From Mobula hypostoma (taxonomy: Eukaryota): a stretch of 64,000 nt of DNA. Shown piece after piece: positions 12,301 to 24,956 of the stretch. The stretch's first letter is position 1, and every line of letters starts with the position of its first letter. A model generated the notes under the pieces. That model worked only from the letters and a program-made list of their open reading frames with translations, was not told the DNA's origin and ran no database searches. The translations under genes and the position numbers were made by a program. The stretch is taken from NCBI RefSeq assembly GCF_963921235.1, contig NC_086109.1:10542001-10606000 (forward strand), written 5' to 3'.

Positions 12301-14600
12301 AATGTGCGCAACATAACTACAGGATGTGGAAGAAACCCCTAGGGATGGAGAATTTGGGAGCAAATAATTATCTGTCCCTTATTATTCTTTTGTCTCATTT
12401 GCATTTCAATGAATCAATAGCTAATCTGTTTCCATAGGCTGATTTTACATTTACCCTTTTCAGACCAATGTTTGGTTCACTTATTCCTTTCTGTGCAGCA
12501 CTTGCGTTAAGTGCACACAATTTTTTAAAAATCACCTGTTTTATGGGGGAAAAGGCAAAAGGTAACATTTTTAACCAGAAAGAGTAAAACAATTTTGCAT
12601 TTAGAAAATGTTTACAAAACTGGTTGGAGATGCTTGTAGTGATCAGAGCAAGAATTTCCTTGGAAGAGAAATAACTTGTTTTCCGACATAGTTGAGTTGT
12701 GATCCCTGATTGGCTTTAGCCTAAACTGACTGGGGATGATATTCGAAACCTGATACTTAATCATTTTTAAAGAGGAAAAGTGCTTTGGGCAAAATAATTC
12801 CTTGAAGTAGAATGTTAGTACTCTTTGGCAGGAATATTTGCAATATCATTTCTGTCACACTATGTAGGGCAAGACACTTGCATAAAAATATTGGCAGTAT
12901 ACTATGGTTCAGATACCTGTTGCCGAAAACTTCATTTCTGAGATTACATTATGCTTGAATGTATTTTGCCTTCATAAAGTAGTGGTTTTATTCAGTTCTC
13001 ACAAAATGTGGAATTCATGAAAAGTCTGTAGTGGCTTTTGGGTTTGTGACCAAAATCTGGCTCTTTTATTGAAATACAAACAATGCTGGGTCTACTTTCA
13101 TAATGACAGATTAGTATTATATTTGTTCTTGGTTAGGGGAATGATTGAGACATTTTGTAGTGCTACTATCAATCAGTTGTCAGCCGGATTATATAGTTCA
13201 GGCAAAGAACAAAGTATCACTAATCCCTTGTAATGAGGGCTGATTGTGTTTCTCTGAAACAAACAGATAGATGAATTATAGATAACTTTAAATTAAAAAC
13301 TGAGAGTTTCAACAAAATCTTGAGAAACTCAGTCATACAGATGATTCCATCTCCTTTGAAGAAGCTTGCACAAATAATGGACTTGAAGAACTGGAGAAGA
13401 TCCAGAAGCTCCACATGTACTTTAGTAGATACTTCCTGCTTCAGGCTACTTGCATAATGTGAGAGTTCCTATGTTGCAGGAGTTCCCATCCTTTTTTCTA
13501 TGCCATGGACCAATACCATCAGGCAAGGGGTCTGTGGACTCCAGTTTGGGAACCCCTACTTCTAATGAGAATCCTATGGTACTGCTATTTTGGGAGCATT
13601 GGAACCACTTTCCACGAAACTAAGATAATGTTTAGTTTATTTTGTGTGTTGAGCTGGTTATTTGCAATCAGCAGTTGTTATGAATGCACCCAGAAGGCTT
13701 TGAATTTTTGTATTGAAGTGGTAGATTATGACCATAGTGATAGAGGACTACAGGATGGGGGTGAGAGAATGAATAAAGTGAATTAATAAAATTGTCATTC
13801 TAAGGAGTTGCACTGCATGTCTTCACAGTAAATGCTAAAGAAATGTTCCTGCCATTGTAAAAATAACAGATTCTGTTAACTGGAGAAGTGACCAACAGCT
13901 TTGATTGTATTTAATAGACCCTACAGTATTTTTTGCAATAATTAATTCTGTCAGCTTTAAAGCTTTCAGAATACTTTAGAGGGATGGACCATATGACATT
14001 TATCTTTCGCATTTCCATTTTACATAGTGACTTCAGAATATGTTGGGGCATCTCGGACTGTTTACATAGTTGATCCAAGCATGGTTTTGTGTATTGGTGT
14101 GATTCAGTGTGCAACATAACTGGCACACTTGGTGGGGGTGGGGGGGAGGACTGTTGATGTATGCATTGGAATATTTTCTGTGAAAGAATTATTGTGATTA
14201 GCTTTCCTGCCTTCGTTACAAAGAAATCCTAAGCAGCCTGATTCTCTGTAGAATATGGATGCTTTATCTATTGATATGAATGCCTCTTCTAAAGTTCTTA
14301 GGAATGAAAGTACCTTTGCAATTACACATCCAGTTGCTATCAATTGTTCTAAAGCAGATTTTTTTTTCCTGTTTGTTTTCACTCAAAGGGTCAAGTTGGT
14401 GCAGACGCTGCATTTTGGCGCAATTTCATATTTTTGTGTGTGTGTAATTGTATTAATTTAGGTGATAGAAACCAGAATGTATTCAACATAATGTCTTTGA
14501 AGACTGGATAACTATGGTGATGGGGTTCATTTTGTGTAATCATCCCATTTATATTTGTTAAAGATTTGCTTTATATAAAGATTTTTTTTGCCCTACATGC
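9344..14600 (+). other. NUCKS1: Putative long NUCKS1 3'UTR (end uncertain)
   Basis: AT-rich unique sequence with several AATAAA hexamers (about 9382, 9572, 9758, 10226, 11972, 13772, 13785) and only one recognisable small MITE. Mammalian NUCKS1 is known to have a multi-kb 3'UTR. Confidence 0.55.
13477..13558. mobile_element. hAT/Charlie-like MITE, about 80 bp
   Basis: cagg(a/g)gttccca...tgggaaccccta termini; core tgccatggaccaatacca shared with copies at 24360, 28022 and 47512. Confidence 0.8.
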
Positions 14601-15255
14601 TTTTAATTCTATTTGTTAAATTGCGTGTTAGTAAAATAGTATTCTGTGCTCTTTGCTAGAAAATGGACACTAGTTGTGGAAATTGATCTTGCTAAAGTAG
14701 CATGCTACTGCCTTTAAAGTTACACTAATTAAAGGAATACCCTTAATTTGATATAAACTGGGGCCTGATCATTGAGGAGAGATGGTGATTGAAGTGATTG
14801 AATTTTAACCAAAAAAACCTTCTATAAGATGCAGTGTATAATATACAGTATGTGTATTAGGGGTGGATAAAGGTGGGGAGGTTGCAGAGTGCGTTATTTA
14901 CAGATGGATCATAATACCCAAGTCATCCAAAGCCTCAAAATTAATAGACCGAGAATTGTTTTCTAGCCACACTTGCCATTGCCTTTAATTTGCACTATGA
15001 TGGAAAACCTGAAGCATTAAGAGTGCCAGTAAAGGCTGAAGATGGATGAAAAACAACAGATTCAACTTCCAAGAACTTACTGCACCAATACTGACAGTAT
15101 TCAAGATTGTTTATTATCATCCTTCAGTACCCAAGTGTAAAGGAGAATGATACGATTCCTCCTCTGGATCTAATGCAGCAGAGAAAAACTCAAAAAGCAT
15201 AAAGAACACAATTTAAAAAAAAAAAATCAAATATGCACAAATATAAAAGCAATCC

Positions 15256-15540
15256 TGGGCCATGGTAGTATATCAATACAATGCTATTGCAGCTCAGGGT
15301 ATTATGAGGAATTCAATCCCGGTGTCATCTGTAAGGTGTTTCTGTACGTCCTCCCTGTAGAATGTGTTGGTTTTCTCTGGGTCTTCCAGTTTCCTCCCAT
15401 AATCCAAAGATGTACCGGTTAGCTTCACTGGTCATTGTAAATTGCCCTGTGATTTGGGTTAAATTGGCTTTGTTGGTGGTTGATGGGCGGTGCAGCTCTG
15501 TGGGCTGGAAGTGTCTTCTGTGGTGTATCTAAATAAAACA
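15256..15540 (+). mobile_element. tRNA-derived V-SINE (HE1-like)
   Basis: tRNA-like head, V-domain-like ggttttctctgggtcttccagtttcctcccataatccaaaga, tail ending atctaaataaa. Confidence 0.75.
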
Positions 15541-16004
15541 CAATGTACAAGGAACATACACACAGGCTGATCGTGTGTATGTATATATATATCATCAAAC
15601 CTTTCTTTATATAATATAAATAAAGCAAAGTTTGATGAGATGGTGGGTTGGGGTAGCGGGTGGAGGTGTTGATCAGCCTGATGGGTGGAAGTAACTTGAA
15701 TCTGGTGATCCTGCTATGGATGCTGGTGGGAGTGGGACAAATAGTGCTTAAAAATGTAAATGCAATTATATGCAACACTTACAGGGGAGGAGGAAATTGA
15801 TTCTTCATCTGACCATTGGTCTGCAATACTTAAGAGCTTTGTGTTTTCCTGAGCTCCTTTTTCCTATTGCCTTCAATTTAATTTTGATTGTGTTAAAAGC
15901 AACAGGTCTAAGTTTCTGATGTTCAGTGGTCATTTTATGCCAAAAGATTCAAATTGTACAACTTAATTTGAGTTAGCTTTATTTATTGAGATACAACGTG
16001 GAAC

Positions 16005-16400
16005 AGGACCTTCTGGCCTTTCAAGCTGTGCCGCCCAGCACTCCCCCAACTTAATCATAGCTTGATCACAGGACGATTTACAACGACCAATTAACCTACC
16101 AACTGGTACATCTCCGGACTGTGGGAAGAAAACAGCACCCACAGGAAACCCACATGGTCACAGGCAGCAGTGGGAATTGAACCCGGGTTGCTGGTATTGT
16201 GTGTGCTAACCACTACACTACAGTGCTGCTCAAACTTGGGCAGCACAGTGATACAACCACTAGGTACTACCTTTCATCACCTGCATCTTGGGCTCAGTCC
16301 TGACCTCGGGTTCAGTCTGCCTAGACCTTTCACATTCTGGCTGTGATAATGTAGACTTCCTCCAGGTGCTCTAGTTTCCTCCCACATACGAAAGACTGGT
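16005..16400. mobile_element. Two head-to-head V-SINE fragments (minus about 16005-16230, plus about 16238-16400)
   Basis: gggaattgaacccggg (B-box, minus strand) and ccaggtgctctagtttcctcccacatacgaaagac (plus strand). Confidence 0.7.
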
Positions 16401-16593
16401 CTGGTCTTTCATATTGGTTTGTTATTGTCATGTGTAGCAAGATACAGTGAAAAACTTGTCTTCCATACTGTTTCTTCAGATTAAATCATTGTACAATGTA
16501 CTGAGCTAGAATAGGTAAAACAGTAACAATGCAGAAACTCCTGGAAAAGTGCACTGCAGGTAAACGATAAAGTGTAAGATCATAATAAGATAG

Positions 16594-17246
16594 AGGAGGA
16601 GAAGACACAACGTGCAGCAGCCACTCCGGTGAATGATACCTGTAATCTGTCAAGTAGGGTGCCGTGCACAATCCTGATTTGATGGAGACAGATGTGAGAG
16701 CACAGAGGAACATGTGGAGAAATTTCTGAAATGCCTTTTTTGCTGCCGCTGCTACTGTGTGATCCAGAATCTCCGGAGGAGAAGGCCCCGAGTCCTCGGC
16801 TTCGCTTGTTGCTCAGTGGCTGGGGCAGGGTCGAAGCGCTCGGCAGAGATGGTGCTTGGTGTCGGAGGGCTGGTCGGAGGCTCGAAGTGTTTGGATGGAC
16901 TCAGAGTCGGCTGTGGTCGGGTACTTCCAATGCATCAGCAGTTGTCGGCGCCTGGAGGTTTGTGGCAGGGAGAGTTTCTCCCTTCTGCCGCCTGCTATCG
17001 GGACTATCGGGAGCTGATCGGGACTTTGAGACTTTTTTTTACCGTGCCCATGGTCTGCTCTTTATCAAATTATGGTATTGCTTTGCACTGCTGTAACTAT
17101 ATGATATAATTGTGCGGTCTTGTTAGTGTTAGTCTTTGGTTTGTCCTGTTTTTTTTAATGATATCACTCTGGAGGAACATTGTATCATTTCTTAATTCAT
17201 GCATTTCTAAACGACAATAAACGAGTGTCTTCATAATCTAATCTAA
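16594..17246 (+). mobile_element. Family X non-autonomous retroelement, copy 2
   Basis: ggaggagaaga... to ...gacaataaacgagtgtcttcat(aatct)n. Host LINE sequence rejoins across it (cataataagataga|ttatgaacccaagag). Confidence 0.85.
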
Positions 17247-17561
17247 TTATGAACCCAAGAGTTCTTCTTACCATACAAGAGGTCCATTCAGGAGTCTGAT
17301 AACAGTGGGATAGAAGCTGCCATTGAGCCTGGCAGTATGTGCTTTTAGGCTTTTGTATCTTCTGCCTGATAGGAGAGGGAAGAACACGTCTGTTTTGGGT
17401 GGTAGCTTGATTATGCTTTACTGAGGGAGTGACAGAGTTCATAGAAAGGAGATTGGTTCCAATGTTGTGGTGAGCTGTGTCTACAACTTGCTGGTGTTTC
17501 TTGCAGTTGTTGCAGATCAGTTCCCATACCAAGTTATGTATCCGAACAGAATCCTTCAGTT

Positions 17562-17597
17562 AGTCCTGACGAAGGATCTCGGCCCGAAACGTAGACT
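17562..17597 (+). ncRNA. Minimal type I hammerhead ribozyme motif (PLE-derived)
   Basis: agtc-CTGACGA-aggatctcggccc-GAAA-cg-TA-gact; stem II carries a mismatch. Confidence 0.65.
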
Positions 17598-19025
17598 GTA
17601 CCTCTTCCTAGACTGCTTTGTGGTCCATTGATTAAAAGTTGTTAAGAGTCAATGGTGATGTGCTCCTGAGGAAGTAGAGGCTTTGGTGAGCTTTCCTGGG
17701 TGTGTTATGGTGTCTATGTGATTGTGCTAGGGAAGGCTGTTGGTGATGTTCACGCCTAAGAACTTGAAGCTCTCAACACTAGTGTAGATAGGAACACGTG
17801 TACTGCTCCCCAATCTGAAATCAATGGCCAGTTCTTTTGTTGACATTGAGGGAAAGGTTGTCACCACACCATGTCACTAAGCTGTCTATCTCCTTCCTGT
17901 ACTCCAACTCCTCATTATCTGAGATGTGGCCCAGTTCAGTGGTATCATCTGCAAGCTTGAAGTTGTGTGGTTTGGTAGGTTTGTTGGCCTTGTAAACTGC
18001 CTCTCGTGAGTAGGTAAATGGTAATGTTTGAGTGAGTTGTTGAGAAGGTAGAAGTAAAAAGGACTTCAATGGTTGATGGATGTTGGGTATGAATTAGTGG
18101 GACAAGGGATATAATCTGACCATAAAAACCATTACCTAATTTATTTTTGGAACTGTTGAGTTAAGTATTTTCAAAGCTGAATTGACTGCACATATATCAG
18201 GTAGTTAAATGTAATTGAAATACTGTTAAACTTTGCTGCATTAAATTAATTAATGCCCTATGGATGTCAAACTACCTTACCTGGGCAAATGCAGAAATAT
18301 TTCAAAAGAAGTAGAGTGGAAATTTCAACTTCTGAGGTAATGTAGCAGCGGGGAGCTCCTCTCAAAAGCATACCTCTAGTTGGTGTAGAAGGCATTTGAT
18401 TTAGATTTGTTGGTGAAGAAATAGCTGTGCTGTCGATGTCTACGGGGACATAATTGTGGAAAATATGACATCAGTACGCCAATGATTTAGCAGAGTTCTG
18501 TGCAGATGTGCACTTGTTAACAAAATTCTGACATTCAGCTTGAATTATTTCAGCTTGTCTACCATTCAGGGTGTTTGGGAAAGGCAGAGTTTCATAATTG
18601 AGCTTAGCCAAAGTATTAGTGTCTATATATTATCCAAATTTAAATACTTGCATATTGCTTCTTAAATTTCTAGTCCAATGTTAATTTTGCACCCCATAAA
18701 TTACCTGTTACTGTGGCATGTTTCTCATTTGGAATATTTTTGGCATGAGATATATAAAATCTCTTCTAGCATTCTGGAAATAGAAAGCATAGGTAAATTG
18801 GTTTAGGATTATTATTCAATATCCTTTTGGCTCAATTCCACAGCTTTGCTGTACAATATCTCTGTTAATTGCCACCACACAACTTTCAATGATCACCACT
18901 GGGAATTTATTTGTAAGGTTACAACTCAATTTTAGTAATACTGCAACTGTCTTTGATGGCTGTTTAATTTAATTAACCAAGGAAATACAAGATGAAATAG
19001 TCTTCTCAGTGAATAATTGCGCGGC

Positions 19026-19320
19026 AGCACCACACGGTAGCATAGCAGTTAGCGCACTGCTATCACAGCTCAGGGTGGTGGAGTTTGGAGTTCAATTCCA
19101 GTGTCCTCTGTAAGGACGTTTGTACATTCTTCCTGTGTGTGCGTGGATTTCCTCCCGGTGTTCCTGCTTCCTCCTACAGTCTGAAGACATACCAGCTAGT
19201 CGGTTAATTGGTCAGTGTAAATTGTCCTGTCATTAGGATAGCATTAAATAGGTAGCTTGAAAGTCTGAGCGGCTCATTGGGCCGAAAGGGCCTGTTCTGT
19301 GCTGTACCTTTAAATAAATT
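19026..19320 (+). mobile_element. tRNA-derived V-SINE (HE1-like)
   Basis: Head cacggtagcatagcagttagc..gagttcaattcc, V-domain, CR1-like tail gggccgaaagggcctgttctgtgctgta. Confidence 0.8.
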
Positions 19321-21702
19321 AAAAATATAGCCTGGTACTGCGTTCTGAGAGGCAGCTGCTATCGATATGCTCCAGGGAACTTCATTAACCTACTCCAAAG
19401 TCTCTGCTTTCCTCTGCGATTTGTTTTTTTTTTGGCTTTTAAATCTCAATTTATATTGGTTGTATCCATTTGAATTTAAATGACTTTTAGATTTTGCTTT
19501 ACTTGACCCAGTGTGTTGGTGATACTCATTGACTAGGATATGTGGCTGAATTGCATTTTTGGAGTTTTGAGATGATTTAAATAAACTAAACGCATAAACT
19601 TCATGATCTAGCCCAAGCTTGTGTTTTACATGTATGTGCCCATATAATCAGAATAAGAACCAGTTTTTTAATCACTGATAGACTCTGTCATGGAATTTGT
19701 TTTGTGGCAGCAATATGGTGCAATACATAAAATAGACTATTAATTACAATAATAAGTATTTTTTTAAATGTAGTGCTAAAAGAGAGGAAAAGTAGTGAGA
19801 TAGTGTCCATGGACTGTTCAGAAGAATTATGGCGGACGGGTAAGAGCTGTTTTTAAAACATGCAGTGAGTGTCTTTTGGGTTCCTTTACCTCCACCTTGA
19901 CGGTAATATAAATAATCTCTACCACCTGAAGGTGAAATTCTAACATTGCAGTGGGAAGGTGTAAGACATTTTTGGGTCAGTAGCAGGAACGCCCAGGAGT
20001 CTTGAGTTGCAGACAATGAATGGGGACTGATTTTGAAAGCCACAGGAGTCATTGCAGCATTATCATTCCTCATTTGACCCCTACCTGCATCTTGTTTTCA
20101 CCTAAAAATTAGATTATTTGTCACATGTACATCGAAACATAGAGTGAAATGCGTCAATAACTGACACTGTCCGAGGGTTGTGCTGGGGCAGGGAAGCCTA
20201 CAAGTGTCACCACGCTTCTGGCACCAGCGTAGCAGGCCACAACTTACTGGCTCTATTTCATATGCCTTTGAAATGTGGGAGGAAACCAGAGCACCCAGAG
20301 GAAGCTCATGCCGTCACGGAAAGAACTTTCAAGCTCCTCACAGACAGTGGCGAGAATTGAACCATGATCACTGCCTCTGTAAAGTGATAAGCTAGCCACT
20401 GTTCAATTTTAACCTATTTACTGCCCTGCCATATATCAAGTTGCCTGGGTTTCTGTAGAAACATTTGCAAAAGAAGCACTTAGAGGTGGCAAAGTATGCC
20501 ATGCTCAAACATCTTGGCACGCACCATGCAGTGCCACCCCTGAATTCTTTAAACCCCGTCCATAATAAAATATAAGAATGACTATCTTCATAGCCAAATG
20601 AAACAGAATATTTTTTTTACAACCAGAGAGCAGTGAGATGTTTTCACAGGAAATGTCTCACACCGGCTTGGTGCCAGCTGGACAGTTCCAAGAGCACATG
20701 ATGGATATGTTTAGAAATCCTCACAGACTTGGAGTACTCATCAGTATCTGGATAGCAAACAGTTACAATAACAATACTGTACTACTTAGAAATGTTATTT
20801 TGCAATAGTCTTTTTTAAAAGAGTAATAATAATTTTAACTGGTTTTCTAATATGCTTCAGTTATTTCAATGTCTTTTATTAATAGCACAACAATGAATAC
20901 ACATAAGCAACAGGACTCGTCCTTTTTCCTTGAAGTCCATAATTATTGTTACTAATTCATCGACCAATAATAATCTTAGTTAAAAATACCATGGCAGGCG
21001 AGAGAATTTTTTTAGATTATTGCCAGTTAGAGCACACACTCTTAAGGTTCACCAACCCTGACTTAGGAGAATGGTGGTTCACTAGAGTATGCTAATAAAA
21101 GCTGCTTCTCAGAGCTCAGCAGTAGTTTCTATTCTTGGTTAATCAGTGATGAGAAGATGTATATACATTTTTCTTTGGCCAGTTTAAAAGAGTGCATGTT
21201 TTTTTTTTGGGAGGGGTTGCACCTGTTCATTTGACCCAAAAGAATATGTTTGGGTTCCATTCCGATGCAGCGTGTATCTGGGTAACAAAAGCAACACACA
21301 CAAACAGGTCTGGCAGCATCTATGAAATAAACTGTTGACTTTTAAGGGCCGAGGTTGGTGTTATATTAGGGCTGTTAAGGGTCTGAGTCCAAAATATTGA
21401 TTGCTTATTCCTCTTCATAGATACTGCCTGGCCTGCTGAGTTCCTCCAGTATTTTGTAGGTGTTGCTCAAGATTTCCAGCATGTGTTTCTGATTTCTATT
21501 ATAAAGACAAATCTGACTGACACTCCCATTGTACTGGATCAGAATAGCAATCTGGAGTTATGCCGCATGGAAGTAGGCCATTTGGCTGAACTCATCCCAT
21601 TGGTCTGCATTTGGTTCATATCCTTCAGAACCTTTCCTTTCCATGTACCGGTCCAAATGTTTTTTTTTAAATTTAAATGTAATTGTACCTGCCTATCCCA
21701 CT

Positions 21703-22594
21703 TCTTGTCTCCCTTTCTCTTCACCATTTACACCTCGGACTTCAACTACTGCACAGAGTCTTGTCATCTTCATAAGTTTTCGGATGACTCTGCCATAGTT
21801 GGATGCATCAGCAAGGGAGATGAGACTGAGTACAGGGCTACGGTAGGAAACTTTGTCACATGGTGTGAGCAGAATGATTGGCAGCTTAATGTGAAAAAGA
21901 CTAAGGAGCTGGTGGTAGACCTGAGGAGAGCTAAGGTACCGGTGACCCCTGTTTCCATCCAGGGGGTCAGTGTGGACATGGTGGAGGATTACAAATACCT
22001 GGGGATACGAATTGACAATAAACTGGACTGGTCAAAGAACACTGAGGCTGTCTACAAGAAGGGTCAGAGCCGTCTCTATTTCCTGAGGAGACTGAGGTCC
22101 TTTAACATCTGCCGGACAATGCTGAGGATGTTCTACAAGTCTGTGGTGGCCAATGCTATCATGTTTGCTGTTGTGTGCTGGGGCAGCAGGCTGAGGGTAG
22201 CAGACACCAAAAGAATCAACAAACTCATTCGTAAAGCCAGTGATGTTGTGGGGATGGAACTGACGGTGGTGTCTGAAAAGAGGATGCTGTCCAAGTTGCA
22301 TGCCATTTTGGACAATGTCTCCCATCCACTACATAATGTACTGGTTGGGCACAGGAGTACATTCAGCCAGAGACTCATTCCACCAAGATGCAGCACAGAG
22401 CATCATAGGAAGTCATTCCTGCCTGTGGCTGTCAAACTTTACAACTCCTCCCTTGGAGGGTCAGACACCCTGAGCCAGTAGGCTGGTCCTGGACTTATTT
22501 CCTGGCATAATTTACATATTACTATTTAATTATTTATGGTGCAACTGTAACGAAAACCAATTACCCCGGGATCAATAAAATATGACTATGACTA
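21703..22594 (+). mobile_element. 5'-truncated Rex1/Babar-type LINE (RT C-terminal half, open to the stop at 22481) with (ATGACT)n tail
   Basis: LSPFLFTIYTSD..KFSDDSAIVG..LNVKKTKELVVD..YKYLG..RLYFLRRLRSF..HPLH..SFLP.A; aataaa followed by tatgactatgacta. Confidence 0.92.
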
Positions 22595-24044
22595 CGACGA
22601 CTGCATTGGCGCTGCTTCCTGCACGCATGCAGAACTCGTTGACTTTATTAACTTTGCCTCCAACTTTCACCCTGCCCTCAAGTTTACCTGGTCCATTTCT
22701 GACACCTCCCTCCCCTTTCTAGATCTTTCTGTCTCTGTCTCTGGAGACAGCTTATCCACTGATGTCTACTATAAGCCTACTGACTCTCACAGCTATCTGG
22801 ACTATTCCTCTTCTCACCCTGTCTCTTGCAAAAACGCGATCCCCTTCTCGCAATTCCTCCGTCTCCGCTGCATCCGCTCTCAGGATGAGGCTTTTCATTC
22901 TAGGACAAGGGAGATGTCTTCCTTTTTTAAAGAAAGGGGCTTCCCTTCCTCCACTATCAACTCTGCTCTTAAACGCATCTCCCCCATTTCACGTACATCT
23001 GCTCTCACTCCATCCTCCCGCCACGCCACTAGGAATAGGGTTCCCCTGGACCACCCCACCAGCCTCCGGGTCCAACATATTATTCTCCGTAACTTCCGCC
23101 ACCTCCAACGGGATCCCACCACTAAGCACATCTTTCCCTCCCCCTCTCTCTCTGCATTCCGCAGGAATCACTCCCTACGCAACTCCCTTGTCCATTCATC
23201 CCCCCCATCCCTCCCCACTGATCTCCCTCCTGGCACCTATCCGTGTAAGTGGAACAAGTGCTACACATGCCCTTACACTTCCTCCCTTACCACCATTCAG
23301 GGCCCCAAACAGTTCTTCCAGGTGAGGCAACACTTCACCTGTGAGTCGACTGGGGTGATATACTGCGTCCGGTGCTCCCGATGTGGCCTTTTATATATTG
23401 GCGAGACACGATGCAGACTGGGAGACCGCTTTGCTGAACATCTATGCTCTGTGCACCAGAGAAAGCAGGATCTCCCAGTGGCCACACATTTTAATTCCAC
23501 AACCCATTCCCATTCTGACATGTCTATCCACGGCCTCCTCTACTGTAAAGATGAAGCCACACTCAGGTTGGAGGAACAACACCTTATATTCCGTCTGGGT
23601 AGCCTCCAACCTGATGGCATGAACATTGACTTCTCTAACTTCCGCTAAGGCCCCACCTCCCCCTCGTACCCCATCTGTTACTTATTTTTATGCACACATT
23701 CTTTCTCTCACTCTCCTTTTTCTCCCTCTGTCCCTCTGAATATACCTCTTGCCCATCCTCTGGGTCTCCCCCCCCCCACTGTCTTTCTTCCCGGACCTCC
23801 TGTCCCATGATCCTCTCGTATCCCCTTTTGCCTATCACCTGTCCAGCTCTTGGCTCTATCCCTCTCCCTCCTGTCTTCTCCTATCATTTTGGATCTCCCC
23901 CTCCCCCTCCAACTTTCAAATCCCTTACTCACTCTTCCTTCAGTTAGTCCTGACGAAGGGTCTCGGCCTGAAACGTTGACTGCACCTCTTCCTACAGATG
24001 CTGCCTGGTCTGCTGCATTCACCACCAACTTTGATGTGTGTTGC
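22595..24044 (+). mobile_element. 5'-truncated Penelope-like element (RT C-terminus, GIY-YIG endonuclease, pyrimidine-rich 3'UTR, hammerhead)
   Basis: Frame 22596-23648 reads DDCIG..FHPALKFT..LPFLD..YYKPTDSHSYL..HP..GVIYCVRCSRCGLLYIGET..RFAEH..EQHLI..P.GMN. Flanked by atgactatgact on both sides. Confidence 0.95.
23946..23981 (+). ncRNA. Minimal type I hammerhead ribozyme in the PLE 3' end
   Basis: agtc-CTGACGA-agggtctcggcct-GAAA-cg-TT-gact. Confidence 0.75.
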
Positions 24045-24359
24045 ATGACTATGACTCTGACAGTTTGGTTCATTCATTCAACACCCTCAGTGTGGGGGGA
24101 CAAACTTTCCTTCAGATCTCCTTTAAATCTTTCCCCTCTCACTTTAAACCTGTGGCCTCTAGGTTTAGACTCCCCTGTCATGGACTGGAAAGGAAGGGGA
24201 AAGAGGCCAAGATACTCCTCTTCATAGATGTTGCCTGACCTCCTGAGTTCGAGCATTTTGTGGGTGTTGCTCTGGATTTCCAGCATCTGCGGAATCTCTT
24301 GAGTTTAAAAAAAACAATACTATACTTCCATGTAGTGTCCTGTGGCTGAAACTTGAAAC

Positions 24360-24441
24360 CAGGGGTTCTCAGCCTGGGGTCGACAGACCCATCGGTTATT
24401 GGTAGGGGTCCATAACATTAAAAAAAGGTTGAGAGCCAGTG
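24360..24441. mobile_element. hAT/Charlie-like MITE (opposite orientation to the 13477 copy)
   Basis: caggggttctca...ttgagagccagtg; imperfect 8-bp flanks cttgaaac/ctgtaaac. Confidence 0.7.
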
Positions 24442-24719
24442 CTGTAAACTGAGGCACTGTTGGCTCTCTCAACTGGAGATAAATTATCCCAATAAAGAGC
24501 AAAAGGTTCATCTGAGTTCACTCGACTAAAACCACACTTATCCAAGGATTGCCACCTTGTTGTGGTGGAGAGGCTGAGAGTTCCTAACATCCTGACAGCA
24601 ATGCTGTCTGGAATTTAGCCATCTGGAGGTTAGTTCACCCGTGGTGGTAAAGTCAATGGGGAAGTTCCAGAAAAAGAGCAATCCAACCAAGACCTCACTG
24701 GTGGAGCTGGCGGAAGATG

Positions 24720-24956
24720 TACATCCTCTCATATCCCTTTTGCCAATCACCTGTCCAGATCTTGGCTCCATCCCTCCCCCTCCTGTCTTCTCCTATCATT
24801 TTGGATCCCCCCTCCCCCTCCCACTTTCAAATCTCTTACTAGCTCTTCCTTCAGTTGGTCCTGACGAAGGGTCTCAGCCTGAAACGTCGACTGTACCTCT
24901 TCCTAGAGATGCTGCCTGGCCTGCTGCGTTCACCAGCAACTTTTATGTGTGTTGTT
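24720..24956 (+). mobile_element. PLE 3'-terminal fragment with hammerhead (24857-24892) and 8-bp TSD
   Basis: Homologous to 23810-24043; ggaagatg at 24712-24719 and 24957-24964. Confidence 0.9.

Larger units (their letters stand above)
16410..17960 (-). mobile_element. Decayed Rex1/Babar-type LINE 3' part, interrupted by family X copy 2 and a hammerhead fragment
   Basis: Minus-strand KLADDTTELGHISDNEELEYRKEIDSLVTWCGDNLSLNVNK. The 3'UTR resembles the plus-strand copy near 41300-41740. Confidence 0.75.

Noticed and set aside
16714..17109. Recurring MEKFLK-type ORFs in family X copies as a conserved protein
   Set aside because: Frames, lengths and stops differ among the four copies; the similarity is at DNA level only.
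21483..21702. N-terminus of the 332-aa ORF as a real protein
   Set aside because: It reads through unrelated antisense CR1 sequence; RT similarity starts only at about 21703.
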